From contig OX597839.1 of NCBI GenBank assembly GCA_951406725.2, positions 14,446,001 to 14,510,000 of the forward strand: a stretch of DNA of 64,000 nucleotides, given 5' to 3'. The notes beneath the pieces are model-generated. The model worked only from the letters and a program-made list of their open reading frames with translations, was not told the origin of the DNA and did no database searches. A program made the position numbers and the translations under genes. Positions 11,244 through 24,593 of this stretch are shown piece by piece (within the stretch, counting starts at the first letter, position 1; every line of letters begins with the position of its first letter). The DNA comes from Octopus vulgaris (Eukaryota).

Positions 11244-11460
11244 TTAAAGCTGTGAGGAAAGGCAAACAATTAGGCAAGGCAGGACAAAGACATTTAATTT
11301 CATTTAATTCAGTCTTAATTTAGCTACACAACGAATAGTAAAAATAGTAAAAAATGCTGAAAGAATTTTTACCATTCATTGTGTAGCTAAATTGAAATTG
11401 AATTAAATGCCCTTGTTCTGCCTTGCCTAATTGTTTGCCTTTCCTCACTACTTTAACCTA
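11240..11460. repeat. ~220-bp imperfect palindrome (fold-back)
   Basis: taggttaaagctgtgaggaaaggcaaacaattaggcaaggcag... is mirrored by ...ctgccttgcctaattgtttgcctttcctcactactttaaccta. Confidence 0.85.
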
Positions 11461-11944
11461 CAATTTCTGACTCAAAGGGATGCCACCTATAGCCGTTTTT
11501 GGACAGGATAATCACACAACCACAATGTCAACTGTTGTTCAAACTGGAATTTTGGTGGCACACCTATTTGAGCACTCAGAACGCATACCTTTTAGTTTGA
11601 GTCATCCTGACGAAAATTCCGCATATCCTTTCTCTCTCTATGTATACATATATATATATGTATGTAATATATTTTATATTTGTATGTGTGTGTATGTATC
11701 ATATATATACATGTGTGTGTGTGCATATGGATATATGTATATCTCTATCCACCTCTCTCACTCTCTTTCACTGTGTATGTATGTGTGTGTGTGGATATAT
11801 GTATATCTATATCTATCCACCTAACTCTATCTATATCTATCTATATGTGTGCATGTGTGTTTCGAGAACATCTTTCCTTCTGAACATGTATTTCAAATAC
11901 GGCTCTGTTCTAGTTTTAACATTCTTTTTATCTTTTATGTTTAG

Positions 11945-12031
11945 TTTCTTTTAATAAAGTCTGAAAACCCTTCTTTGACATTCCTAATGCCATCGCTGTC
12001 ACATCTAGAGTCGGCATGGACAATGAAATAA
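11945..12031 (+). CDS. Possible terminal exon of the unidentified plus-strand gene (FLLIKSENPSLTFLMPSLSHLESAWTMK*)
   Basis: T-rich acceptor ending TTTAG at 11944, phase 0 compatible with 4173-4274, stop at 12029-12031, AATAAA near 12283. No homology recognised. Confidence 0.3.
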   Translation, partial: FLLIKSENPSLTFLMPSLSHLESAWTMK

Positions 12032-12412
12032 CTGCTGGAATTTGAAATTTTCATCACTCTTACATTTCTATTATCAGTCAGATGTCTCTTTTTGTTTATG
12101 ATTGATAAATGTTATCAGTGAATTTATTTTAGCTCTGTTATGTCAGGAGTTATATATCTATTATTAATCGACTATTTTTGTGGAAAAATCTGTAGAGTAC
12201 AAGTGTGTTACATATGAATGTATTTTTCTATCTAGATTTTGGTGTGTGTTTTTGTGTGATTCATGTACTGTGTTCTAGTAATAATAAAAGATGAAATCTT
12301 AGTACACTCACACTTTCAGTTAGTGTGACATCTGTGTGTATGTGTGTATACAAATGTATGTATGTTTGTGGGTATATATTGTATATATATATGAATGTTT
12401 GCATATACATAC

Positions 12413-12448
<36 letters not shown>

Positions 12449-12579
12449 GAATGTTTGCATATACATACATACATACATACATATATATATATATGTAGGT
12501 CCCGGGTTGATTCGGGGTTAACCACAGTAAATAAGGTACTCAATACATAGCAGAGTAAAATTAATTTATTATATAGAAG

Positions 12580-12632
12580 GAGCTTCTACAGGACTAGAAC
12601 TGTTTCATTCAAGAGAAATCATCAGGAAGCTC
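12580..12632 (-). ncRNA. Candidate type I hammerhead ribozyme in a palindrome (Penelope pLTR-like)
   Basis: Minus strand reads gagcttc CTGATGA tttctcttgaat GAAA cag ttctagtc ctG TA gaagctc. Stem I is 7 bp perfect, stem III is 3-4 bp, the cleavage triplet is GUA. Stem II closes with a U-U mismatch. Confidence 0.6.
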
Positions 12633-12675
12633 AGAGCTTCCTGATGATTTCTCTTGAATGAAACAGTTCTAGTCC

Positions 12676-12717
<42 letters not shown>

Positions 12718-13589
12718 AATGAGGCTGAAAAACTGGATATTAATTTGATAACATCAATTTTAACACCAGTGGTCTAGCATATAAAAAAAAACTGAGGTTC
12801 AGTAAATAGTATTAAATACATATAAGAGGTATTACATACATATATGTAAATGTGTGTGAGTACGTATGTATGTATGTATAATTTTCGGTGTTAAGTGGGT
12901 CATATAGCCATAGAAACCATGCCAAAGCTAAGATGTTGGAGCAAGACATGGTTTCCAACCTGTTGGATCATATCGAACCCTCCAACCCATACCAGCATGG
13001 AAAGCAGACGTAAAGCATCAAATGAATTAAATGATGCATATATATATATATATACACACACACACATGCTCACACTCACGTACAGGGTGGACCAAAAGTC
13101 AGGTACAGAATAAGTTCAATACGCTCCGGAATTGTTAAAGACATGCTTTAATTTTTCTAAAGTTAAATAGATAAAATAAAATAATGAGGAATATACATAT
13201 ACTTATACATGATGAAAAAAATGAGTAATAATAATAATAATGACAACAATTATAGACACATTAGGTATGATAAAAAATATTCAGACAAATGCATAACAAA
13301 AACACCAGGTCTAGCAAATATTTATTACATACAGAAAACAGCCCTACTAGGCACCGCACACATCCTATGTATAACACTTTCAATATAGTAAAAATAAGAG
13401 CTTTACAACAAAACACAGCACATACCCAAGGCACACAGAGCTGTGCTTTGTAGTGCAGTAAAAGCACATGATAAAAATAAAACTACTGAAAAATAATAAT
13501 AATGATAATAATAATTTATAAGTGTCAAATCTTTTAATGTGTAACTTTTGACACACACTATTTATTTATACACAAACATATACATAATA

Positions 13590-13763
13590 CAGTGGTTCCC
13601 AACAGTGGTTTCCAAGCCTTTCATTTAAACACCCTTTTAATATGCTTATCCTTATATATAAATAAATATATAAATATATGAAATTTTGAATTTAGTTCAC
13701 AGACCCCCAGTACTACCTTTGTGAACCACCTAGAATCTGCAGACCCCAGGCTGGGAATCACTG
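13590..13763. mobile_element. hAT-type MITE
   Basis: TIRs cagtggttcccaac / gctgggaatcactg and a near-perfect 8-bp TSD acataata/acatagta. Confidence 0.7.
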
Positions 13764-13774
13764 ACATAGTAGAA

Positions 13775-13887
13775 GCAATAGATACGGAAGATAGAGAATA
13801 CTGGAAGCTTTATTTATCGCAACAATCGTTTTGACACATTGTGATAAATAAAGTTTCCAGTATACTTTATCTTCCATATCCATTGTC
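13775..13887. repeat. Imperfect palindrome
   Basis: ggaagatagagaatactggaagctttatttatcgcaa is mirrored by ttgtgataaataaagtttccagtatactttatcttcc. Confidence 0.75.
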
Positions 13888-14719
13888 TTTAGTCAACGTA
13901 CACTGAGGAATTCCTATCATACATCCAGCGGTGATGGTGCAATTACTGTGGATGACACCATGTAGCCATAGGCAGCAAACACACTTTGTCAGCTTACTAC
14001 TAGTGAAGTGACACACCCAACATGCAAAGTTAAAATTTTAAATTTAAACTTTAATTTTAACTCACACACACACTTGTATGCATGTATATATATATATATT
14101 ATGTGTATATAGTTCATTGTAACAATATGGTGAAGGACAGAAATTAGGTTCAATAGGTTACTAAATTCCAACATTGTCTGCTTAGTGAGTAAAAGTTTTC
14201 AATCATATTGGGAATCTTTCATATGACATATATATTCTTAAAATGGGACGCCACCAGTTTATTTTTATTTTTGTTAGAAAATCTTATATATATATGTATA
14301 TATATATTACAGTATTAGTAATTGTTTACATATTTGTTTTTACAATATCAACAAAATTAGCATATTTCAATAGTGTCTGTAGTCAAAATGTGTTTTGAGT
14401 AAGCGCTGTGACACACTCTTGCACCCCACCCCCATACATTTCCATTTTGAGATGGGGTTCATTATGAATGAGTGCTGTGACTCACTTTCCTTCCCCACAA
14501 CCTTACACCATCTCCAGTTGTTGCTAATTTGCAGTATACAAGTTGTTGCTAACAGGCATGACATTCTCACATGAATTGGTTGTTGCTAACAGACATCACA
14601 TGTAACTGTAATCTTGATAAATGCTGCATTATTCACAATGGCTCAGAAAAAATAAACCTCAAAAACAACAACAAAAATGTAAAAAAAAAAAAAAAAAAAT
14701 CAAATTTGAGTATTTTCTT

Positions 14720-14985
14720 TTAGTATGACTGCAACAAAGCCAAAATGCCTGTTGCTAAAGTAATGACCAATGCAGGTGTGTGTGAATTTATCACAGCCGT
14801 ACTTTGAGGACCATTGCAAAAATCTGTTTCACATATTGTCAAACACAATACGCCGTTGAAAAAGGTACATAGTGTTGTGTTTTTCTCAGGATTAAGGTAT
14901 CGTAATTTGTGGAAAGTATCGTAGTTCTTATCGAAGGTGAAAGTGTTTCCATCAGAACATTCTCTAATCAAATATGAACTCTTAC
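14720..14985 (-). CDS. Three-finger (Ly6/uPAR/quiver-like) GPI-anchored protein 1, coding exon 3
   Basis: cttag| acceptor, phase 1. GKSSYLIRECSDG...LCTFFNGVLCLTICETDFCNG followed by a small-residue spacer and hydrophobic tail (GPI-signal-like), then stop. Confidence 0.88.
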
Positions 14986-16744
14986 CTAAGAGATAAAAAA
15001 AGAAAAAGAATGTTTTAAAATTGTTGATAAGTTAATTATAATTTTTGTTAATTACAAAGCACTGTTAGTCCACAATTATTACTGTAAACGAGGGTGATGA
15101 GCTGGCAGAATCCAGGTAAAATACTTGGCAGCATTTTGTCTGTCTTTATGTTCTGAGTTCAAATTTTGCTGAGGTTAACTTTGCCTTTCATCTTTTTGGG
15201 GTCAATAAAATAAGTACCAAATGAGCAATGGGGTTGATGTAATCAACTTACCTTCTTACCTGAAATTGCTGGCCTTGTGGAAAAATTTGAAACCAATATT
15301 ATATTGAGGATGAATCTGGGGTCATTAGTAATGCCAAACCACATGTGGTCATTAGGGTCACTCATCCACATTGCCATTCAGTGTTTGATCTTTAGCCAGG
15401 TAACAATTTCTATGGTCTAATAGCCTCTCATTTCAACTCCATTTCTCTTGACCCCTTCTTCCATGTACCTCATTCTCTACCTCTCCTAGACAGTCACTGT
15501 GATTTCCTTCCCAGGTGTGGCCAATGAATTACTTGAGTAATCAAAGCATTTCACAAAATACATTGCAGTACTTTCTCCAGGTCACTGTATTCTGAGTTCA
15601 AATTCCACTGTCGTTGACTCAGCTTTTTATCCCTTCAGGACTGATAAAATGAAATGCAAATGAAAGTGTAAATGGCAGGATTCTTAGCGATATTTGTTCT
15701 GATTTGTTTTGTGTCCATAATTCTTAGCTATTAGAGCTAATGTACCGCTTAGTTTAGCACCATTACCACCATGGCTACCATCACCCCCACCTTTCCCCCA
15801 CCATTGCTCCTGCTGCCATCACATCCACCATTGCTGTCGCTCCTTCCTCTGTCACTGATGCTGTCACCACTGCCACAACTACAACCATGACCACACAACT
15901 ATCATCCTCTTGCAGAAATCTGGCCATAAAGTGACAAGCTTGCTTCCCAACCACATGGTTTCGGGTTCAGTCCCACTGCATGGAACCTTGGGCAAGTGTC
16001 TTCTACTATAACCTTGTGCCAACTAAAGCCTTTTGAGTGGATTTCATAGACAGAAACTGAAAGAAGTATGTTGTATATATATATATATTTTTATATATAG
16101 GTGTGTGTGTGTGTGTGTTTGTGAGTGTCCAGGAAGATCCACCATAACTCGAGATCCAAGCCTTTTTTGAACAACACTGACACGCCACTTCCCATACCTG
16201 GTCAACTAAAAGATGCGAAAATCTCAGAATCATCATAAATGGGTGCTAAGATGTGTATGTCTGCAATCTTGGTCTCACTGACAGCTACTACATCCAAATT
16301 CAACCACCTGAGGTCATTGAGAAAGCGACCTCATTCCCAGAATGACCCCAGGCCACGTACATTTATGCAACCTACCCTTAGCATCACCATATTGGCCTAA
16401 AAGGAGGGAAAGAAAGATGAGGAGTGATACCCTCCTGGTGCCATTGGAGATTGGGTGATCCCACCTCCATTTCTTCGTTGGGCTCCTTTGGGAACCCTTG
16501 TAGAAGCCTTGCATTGGCATTTACTTGAGGGATCCCTACATCATGTGTAAAGGCAACCCTAATGTTTGGAAAATGTCCAGATCCATCCTCACCATCATTA
16601 GGTCCTTTGACACATTGCACGTACTAGTCCAATAAGTTTCCCCCCCCCCCCACCTTTTTCAATGTCTTCCCTTCGTGATAAGAGGGCCATCGCTTCTTTG
16701 TTGGCTCTCCTTACTAACACTAAGTTAGTTGCCTGCATCGTTGT

Positions 16745-17822
16745 TTTTTTCGCTGTTATTGTTGCGTTTGTGGTGTGAGTTTCCTTTTGGGATATATTTC
16801 TATCTGTAGTGGGGTTTTTGGTGCTTGTGGTACTTCAGTTGATGATTGTGGTGCTGCAGGAGTTGTCTGAGTTTCTGCATTTGTTGTGAGTGCGTGTGTA
16901 GTTTCTTTGTTATCTTGTTTTGGTGCAGGACAAGATGTTTCACCTCTATGACTTCTTTTTTGGATTTTTGGAATTACTCTGTTCCCCCTCCTCATCACTT
17001 TTCAATGTGATAGAACCAGTGTCTGTTGTAACCTCCTCCTCTCTGTGTGGAAGCGAATTCGTGTTTGTATGTGTATCTTTTTCTGTGTGTTTGTTTGAGA
17101 GAGAGAGATAGAAGGTGTTGTTGGACTTGATTGCAAGCTGTTGGTTTTTGTGGTTGACCTCAATGACGGTTTTCCTGCTGGTGCTATTGTTATGCCTGCA
17201 ACCACCGCCACTGTTGTTGCTATTTTTGCTGCTTTCCATGTTGTTGGTGGTGCTGATCTTTCTACAGCTGGTGCTGTTTTTTGCTTTCCCAGTCTTGGTG
17301 TTGATGTCAGCGGAGGTCTACAGACCTGTGTACTTATTTGCTGAGGGCAGAGTGCTTGTAGGTGTGTTGTTTCACCACAAGCAAAGCAATATGGCCTTCT
17401 GCCCTCAGAGATCGGGGTAACTTGAGGCGGACATGATCTGGGATATTCTCCAAGCCTTGTGGTTTTATTTGGACTAGCATTTCCTAATCCATCCTAACCC
17501 AGTCTTCTCTTTGCGCCCATTGGACTTTTAGGAGGAGGGTGTTGATTCCCTCCACGATCATGCATCTGACGAGGCACCATACGCTGATACCTGGTGTTAT
17601 TCTGGCGACTCGAACTTTCATTATTCTTCTACCTGTGTAGGACGGGAATATAATGAGCTGGTCAGTTTTGTGAGGTCCCACCAAATGCTTAATGGCCAGC
17701 TCTTCTGCTTTAAAAAGTACAGAGATGGCATCAAAACTTGAGGCCCTTTGAATGAATATGACATCCTCTCTGATTGATCTCACTTGAAGGTGGGAGGGTT
17801 GTTCTGCTCTCTGAGACTGCAC
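16745..17822 (-). mobile_element. Degraded LINE ORF1/gag-like relic with CCHC knuckle (L1/Tx1-like)
   Basis: Minus-strand EGRRPYCFACGETTHLQALCP near 17340-17405, followed by a low-complexity K/T/Q-rich region. Frames broken. Confidence 0.55.
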
Positions 17823-18576
17823 TAAGATGCACCATACTTTCTACTAAAGGCACAAGGCCTGAAAATTATGGGGAGGAGACTAGCGAGTTACAGCGACTCC
17901 AGTGTTTCACAGGTATTTAATTTATCAACGCTGAAAGGATGAGAGGCAAAGTCGACCTCAGCAGAATTTGAACCCACAATGTAGTGCCTGATGTGCTAAT
18001 GATTCTGCCAGCTTGCTGCAATGACGACAGCGGCAACGATGACGATGATTCTGCCAGCTCACTGCCTTAATAATGATAATGATGATGATGATTACAACAA
18101 ATATTCTGATTTACATGTCAGTTGCTTGACTTTAATGAGTTGACTGATTAGTGACTGATTATATGTGTGAGTACAAATAGTGGGGGAGCATCATAGCCAT
18201 GCATTGAGAGGGATTCTTTGGGGTTTGAATAATTTACCCCCTGGAAACATGGGTGTTTCATTCATCATTCTTAAATAACCCTTATTCAAGGACCTTTTGA
18301 GTATGATTCACTACTCAACCCGGAGAAGATACCAACTGGGGCCCCACTGGCAAGGTCATGTGCTGTCTATCTTGATATGAGATCACCATGTCATGCACAT
18401 ATGGTTGGGATGCATGTGCTGGGTGTATTCTTATCAGACTGGTAGTCATGAGGGGTATTTTGGGTTTCAGATATTTGTACTCCAGATTCCCCATGATGGC
18501 ATGCATTGTTCTCTTACCTAACAACAACAAAAACAACATCAACAAACAGGTTTGAAAAAAAAGAAATCATTCTTAC

Positions 18577-18753
18577 CATTGAGAAATCTGGTTTCAATGG
18601 CACAGAAAGCTTTGCCTTGAAAACTGTAGTCAGAACAGTTTTGTGCAAATTTAGAACTGTTGTACTTGGCAAATTCCTTAACACCCGTTTCACATTTGGA
18701 ACCAGGAGCTGAGCTGGAACAATGAAAACATTGTAGGCTGGTGACACGCAAAA
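18577..18753 (-). CDS. Three-finger protein 1, coding exon 2
   Basis: ttgcag| acceptor and G|gtaaga donor, 177 nt, phase 1-1. LQCFHCSSSAPGSKC...NCSDY...FCAIETRFLN. Confidence 0.88.
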
Positions 18754-19235
18754 CTGCAATGGAAGTGACATTAACTTTTGAGAAGTAGTGGTAGTAGTGG
18801 TGGGGTTTGTGGTGGTGGTGGGGGTTGTGGTGGTGGTGGTGGGGGAGTAGTACTAGTGGGTAGTGGAAAGAATGGAAGTGGTGATGGTGGTGACGGTGGA
18901 GGTGGTAGTGGTGGTGGTAGTAGTAGTAATAGTAGTTAGGTAGGGAAGTAGGGTTAGTGGTGGTGATGGGGAGTAGCAGCAGTCAGTAGTGGTGAGAGTA
19001 GTAGTGATGGTGACGACGGTGTTGGTGGTAGTGGTGGTGTTTCTCAAAACTGTGAGACTGTTGCAGAATAACAATATTATTCACTGGAAATGTAAGCTCG
19101 ACAACAATGTCCTGTTTTATTGTCTTTCCTTAATGTGTGTGTGTTTGTGTGTGTGCATGCATGTGTGTGTGCATGTAGGTGGGATTCATGCAAAGAAGTA
19201 GAAATGACTTCATGCTTACACATAAATGCACACAT

Positions 19236-19280
<45 letters not shown>

Positions 19281-19504
19281 ACTGGCTTCCTTGTAGTTTC
19301 CAACTACCAAATCCACTCACAAACAAGCTGTTAATCAGACTGAGGCTTCTTCTTTCTTCTTTATGCCTTTAACCCTCCAATGCGGAGTATCGGCCACTTA
19401 TAGTTGAATTCCATGTCACATAATTTTTGGTTTCTGAAGTTACATGTCAAATATATTTAAAAATTTATTTTGGTACTTTGTTTTGATAATTTAACCCTTT
19501 AACT

Positions 19505-19809
19505 CAGTGATTCCTAACAAGGGGCATACACCCCACCGGTGGGGCATGGGAAAATTGTGGTAGGGCTTGGGATCCAAAATATTTTTTCTTTTATTTAGTG
19601 GGACATGGAATTGTGGACAATGGTTTTTTCTTAGACAATGATGTACTGTTTTTTGTACTCAGTATTTAATAAAAGAGTTGCTAGAAGATTCTTTTCCAGT
19701 AGATAATTGTGATGAAATATTAAGAATAAAGTTGTATTTACCAGTAGTGGGGCCAACTTTTCTTAAAAGTTATTGAGGGGCTTGGGGGAAAATAGGTTGG
19801 GAAACACTG
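19505..19809. mobile_element. hAT-type MITE nested in a ttaaccct-ended repeat
   Basis: TIRs cagtgattcctaac / gttgggaaacactg with a decayed 8-bp TSD. Confidence 0.6.
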
Positions 19810-20678
19810 CTTTTGCATCTAAATTAGTCATGTCTGATCAAAATATTTCACCTGTTTTATATTCAAAGTGGCTAGATCTGATCTCTTACACCAACCTTAC
19901 AATGTCATTCTAAAAATAACAATCACATCATCCAAATCTCAAAGCTACAAGATTAATTCAAAATAATCCTTTCCACTATAGAAACAAAGCCTGAAATTTG
20001 GGGGTAGGGGACAAGTCGATTACATCAACCCAAGTGCTCAACTGGTACCTTATTTATTGACCCTTGAAAGGATGAAAGGCAAAGTTGACCTTGGCGGAAT
20101 TTCAACTCAGAACGTGCAGACAGACATTTTACTTGGCATACTAACACTTCCACCAGCTTGCTGCCTTTTGATTCAAAATAATGAAAATAAATAAGCATCG
20201 GATTTGAGAGAATAATCTGAATGCTAAGGGGTTAGGTACTCTCTGTGATTGAGGAGTTGATTCACAGAAATAGCAGAATAATAATGTGGACCCGCAAGTG
20301 AAGGACACCCCATGTATTATTGTTTATAGTCAGCAAACACGTAGGAAGATGAGGGTAAATCCAAACTCACACACACATACATATATGAAGATCATTGTAG
20401 GTTTTGCCTGAAGCATTGTGATCCAGGAGTAATATGGCAATTAATGAAGATGGAGAGCTTATAGCAATGCATGAATGGAAATTTAAGAAACCTTTATATA
20501 TTTTAGGCGTGAAGGCCCATCTTTAAAAGGTAATCATCATGGCAAGATCAAGTTTTTAAGCCATTCACTTCTGATGATGGACCTTTGTGCCTGAAATATA
20601 TAAAGGTTGACTGAACTTTGCCTTTTTGCACTTGTAAACCCTCTCTGTCGTCTCTATTTGCTATTTTACAGAGAGAGA

Positions 20679-20753
<75 letters not shown>

Positions 20754-21233
20754 CAAAAAGGGGCTCTTTAGGTAATGTGGTTTGATATACAGAATGTTTG
20801 GGTAAAGGATGATGCAGACATGGCTTAAAGCCCATTTGATCTTATGTCTGCTCAGTGAAGGCTAATGAGGAACTAAACAACAAAAACAACAACAGGGTTA
20901 GACAAACAGGAAGAGGTTGATAAATAGAGAGATGGACTTAGAGACTGATGAGACAGAGAGGTAATTAGAGATGGAGGCAGACAAAATGAGACAGACAAAC
21001 TGACAGCCAGACAAACAGATAGACAGGCAGACATATATTTAGAGAGATGATGAATTCAACAGAGACAAGGAATGTCTGGCTGTGGTAGAGAGAGAGAGAG
21101 ACATAAGGACTTGTAGAGAGTAAACGAAATAGATAAAGGCTCAACAAACAAACATTAATTCTGATTCAAATACATTCTCACATAATCCAAAAGAAATAAT
21201 CATTAGTTGAGAGATATTTACAAAGTTTCTTAC

Positions 21234-21288
21234 CTGATATTAGAAGACATAAAGGTATGATGAACCAATGTAAGCCTTGAGCCGACAT
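21234..21288 (-). CDS. Three-finger protein 1, coding exon 1 (signal peptide MSAQGLHWFIIPLCLLIS)
   Basis: ATG at 21288, CAG|gtaaga donor in phase 1, joining exon 2 in frame. An upstream acceptor at 21326 implies a 5' UTR exon. Full protein is 165 aa. Confidence 0.8.
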
Positions 21289-23388
21289 GTTTTCTCTCAA
21301 ATCTTATTTCTTCTTATTAGGAACACTGCAAGGTAGTATAATGTATGTGTCTGTGTATGAGTTTGTGTGTGTGTGTGGTTATATGTAATGTATATATGTG
21401 TTTATATGTATTTATATACACACATACATAAAAGATATGTGTGTATGTGCGAGCATGTGTTTGTGTGATTATATGTAATGTATATATAGATAAGTGTAAT
21501 GTGTGTGTGTGTTGGTTTTTATGGTTTGGTAAGTTTTAGGCTGTAAGCAAGACTGGTGATTGTGGGTGAATGAAAGAACTTTATGATTGACAGCAGAGTG
21601 TCATCAGGATTTCCCTATGTCATTGGATATGAATTCATAGAGTGTGATGGGTGTGGCAAAACTAGTATAAAAGTCTCAATACTGAAGCAACAGTTGTAAT
21701 TTTACTCCTCAGTTCTCAGTAAATGAAAGGGGGGAGTAGAGAGAGGGGGGAGAGTGTGTGCATGAGAAAGAAAGGGGGGGGGACTTCTAAAACTCATACA
21801 CCTGTGATTAACATTAGCCATTTTGATAGCAATCCACTCCAGACCATCTCTGATACAAACTTCCTATTTTAATCCTTTCGTATTCAGATTACTCTGTCGA
21901 ATGCTTTGCTTCTTCATTGACATTGTTTCCAAGTAATAAGGCATTATGTCACAGCCTTGAGATTTCAATGATGTGACTGTTTGTTTTTAGGATGACATAG
22001 TAGGGTAGGTGTGAGAGGCCAGATCTGGTCAGTTTGAACATAAAACAGGTAGAATATAGGACTGGATATGGCCAATTTAAATGTTAAAGGCTTAAAGTTA
22101 TCTAAATTAAAACCTCCTATCAAAATGTCATATTACTCTATGTTCCAAGCAGAATTGTTAGCATCCTGTTTTGTTGGATAGCTTCAGTGTCTCATTGACG
22201 ATCTCTAATGATCAGGTTGATTTTCCTGCTTTCATATCCTTACCCTCACTTTTAACTATGCAACTGTCAGGATCAATAGTTCATCCCTCTATTGTATCTT
22301 CTTGGGGTAGCTTATGCTTTCTCTCACTCATTCTCTACATTCAGTAACCTCTTGAAGTAGCACTCCCAAGACTGTCTTCTCAATACCACTGACAGCATGT
22401 ATGTCATTCTCAATCTGAAACCACTTTTCCTCAACAATGTCTTGATTCCTGCTTATACGCCCCTTTACAATCTCAAAACATTCCATGTCTCTCACCTTTG
22501 TATCACTTCTTACATTCAATTTCTCTCTTGCAGTATTTCCAGCCACCTCTTAGCTTTATAGCAATCACTACTCTATCATTTCACCATGTCTCCTTCTACC
22601 TGGTTTAGAACTTTGCTCCAACCACAGATTTGATTTATGGTTGCAGCAGGTTGTCTCATAAAGATTCTTAGTTGAGCTCCATGTTGTAACTGTCCCTTCT
22701 TCCCTTTTTGTATTTGATTTTTGATGTGAATTCATGTTGAAAAATATTTTGTTGTATATTGGGAGGGTCATTATGCTAAGAGTAATAAACACATGCACTG
22801 GTTTTATTTCACTTCTCCATAGTTAGTCAGTTGGTTAACTATTTAACCAACTAACTAATCATTCAGTTAATCAATCAATCAGTTGAGTTTGAAAAGTCCT
22901 TTTGTTGCCATCCGTGGGTTGTGAATGGTGATGAAAGGTTTTTAATTTACCTACCTAACTAATTGAGTGACCAAATGATCAACCATGCAATCAATTCATT
23001 AATTCGTTAAATAGTTAAATTAACTAATAATAATAAAAGAAGTTAAATAGAACCAGAGCATGAGTTTTTTATTGGCATAATAACACGCCTGAGATATGAC
23101 AATATCACTTCTTCCTTTTCTACAAATTGGTTATTCAGAGCCTTTCTGAACCTGAGTAGCAGAGGGATCATTCAGTTTCCATACCTTCTTTTGTCAGACT
23201 GTCTTTTGTTACTCAGTCTGTGTAACATTTACTCCAAAGGCATAAACCACTATTCTATGTTCAAGTGTGTTGAGAGGGCATCTGGTTGTAAAACAATAAA
23301 CAATATCTCAAAAATATATATGCCTAACCCATGGTGGCATGGAGAAACAGATGTAAAACAAATGAATGATAGGTTTGTGGATGTACAT

Positions 23389-23505
<117 letters not shown>

Positions 23506-23658
23506 ATATATATATACTTATATATATATGTGTGTGTGTGTATATATATATACTTAAATATATTCACACACACACACACACATATATACACATACACATC
23601 ACACACACACACACACGGGCCCTATAGTTTACATGAAGTATTGTCTGACATATATAGA

Positions 23659-24530
23659 AGAGGCTACCCAAAAGTAACCGGAAACGTTCTCTGTGGGACA
23701 AACCTGTTGTAGTTCAGGCTTCCACCCTAGAAAACACTTGATGTGATCCTCAGGCACTAGTCTGTCAACCAGCGGCATTGGGTGTTGTACTGCTATGTGA
23801 TGCATCTTTGTCTAGCAGTGCTTCTCCTCTGTTTGTCAATTTTTGTGATGGCTGAAACAAAAGAACAGTATGCTTCCATGAAATTCTGTTTCCTACTAGG
23901 GGAAAATGGCAGCTGAAACAACTGTCATGCTTCAAACAGCTTACAAGGATGCTGCCATGAACAAAACACAAGTTTACAAGTGGTTTCCACACTTTAGGAA
24001 TGGTCACTTATCAATTGAGGACCAACCTCATTCAGGATGACCGTCAACCTCCTGGATGAATGAAAACATGAAAATTCATGAACTGATTGATGAACAATTG
24101 ACAAACTTGTTGATATGTGCCTTGGAGTTACTGCCAACGAATTTTGAGTGAAGAATTGCAAATGAAAAGAGTTGCAGAAAAATTTGCACCTTGCTTGCTT
24201 ACAGAGCAAAATTAGTCTCGTCTAAATGAGTGTCATGAACTGAAAGAACAGTTGGAAGTTGATCCAGACCATTTTTCGAAATTCATCAGTGGTGATGAAA
24301 ACTGATGCTATGGAAATTTGCAGATTTGGAATAAGTGAACAGAAAAAAGGACAGAGGTGTAAAAAGGCATCACTTGGCAAGAGTTTCAGTACTGCTTCGA
24401 ATAGTGGAAAATGTAGCTGGACTGATGAATTGCTTCAAATGGAGAATAATTTGAATGCGATAAAAGTGTAAACATGTAAAACTAAGTGAATAAAATAATA
24501 TTGCGAAATTCCAATTTCTTCTGGGTACCC

Positions 24531-24533
<3 letters not shown>
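23659..24533 (+). mobile_element. Highly degraded mariner element
   Basis: Imperfect TIRs (gaggctacccaaaagtaaccggaa / ttccaatttcttctgggtacccc) within (TA)n context. Transposase N-terminal remnants (QVYKWF-like). Confidence 0.65.

Positions 24534-24593
<60 letters not shown>

Noticed and set aside
11480-12543. Many YIYI/CVCV/HTHT ORFs here and across the window (e.g. 23191-23712, 55978-56361)
   Set aside because: Translations of dinucleotide and tetranucleotide microsatellites.
18781-19040. Thr/Pro-rich ORF resembling a mucin-like exon of three-finger gene 1, bracketed by a 9-bp inverted repeat
   Set aside because: It is a degenerate (GGT/AGT)n microsatellite with stops. The true acceptor is at 18754 and exon 1 joins exon 2 in frame without it.
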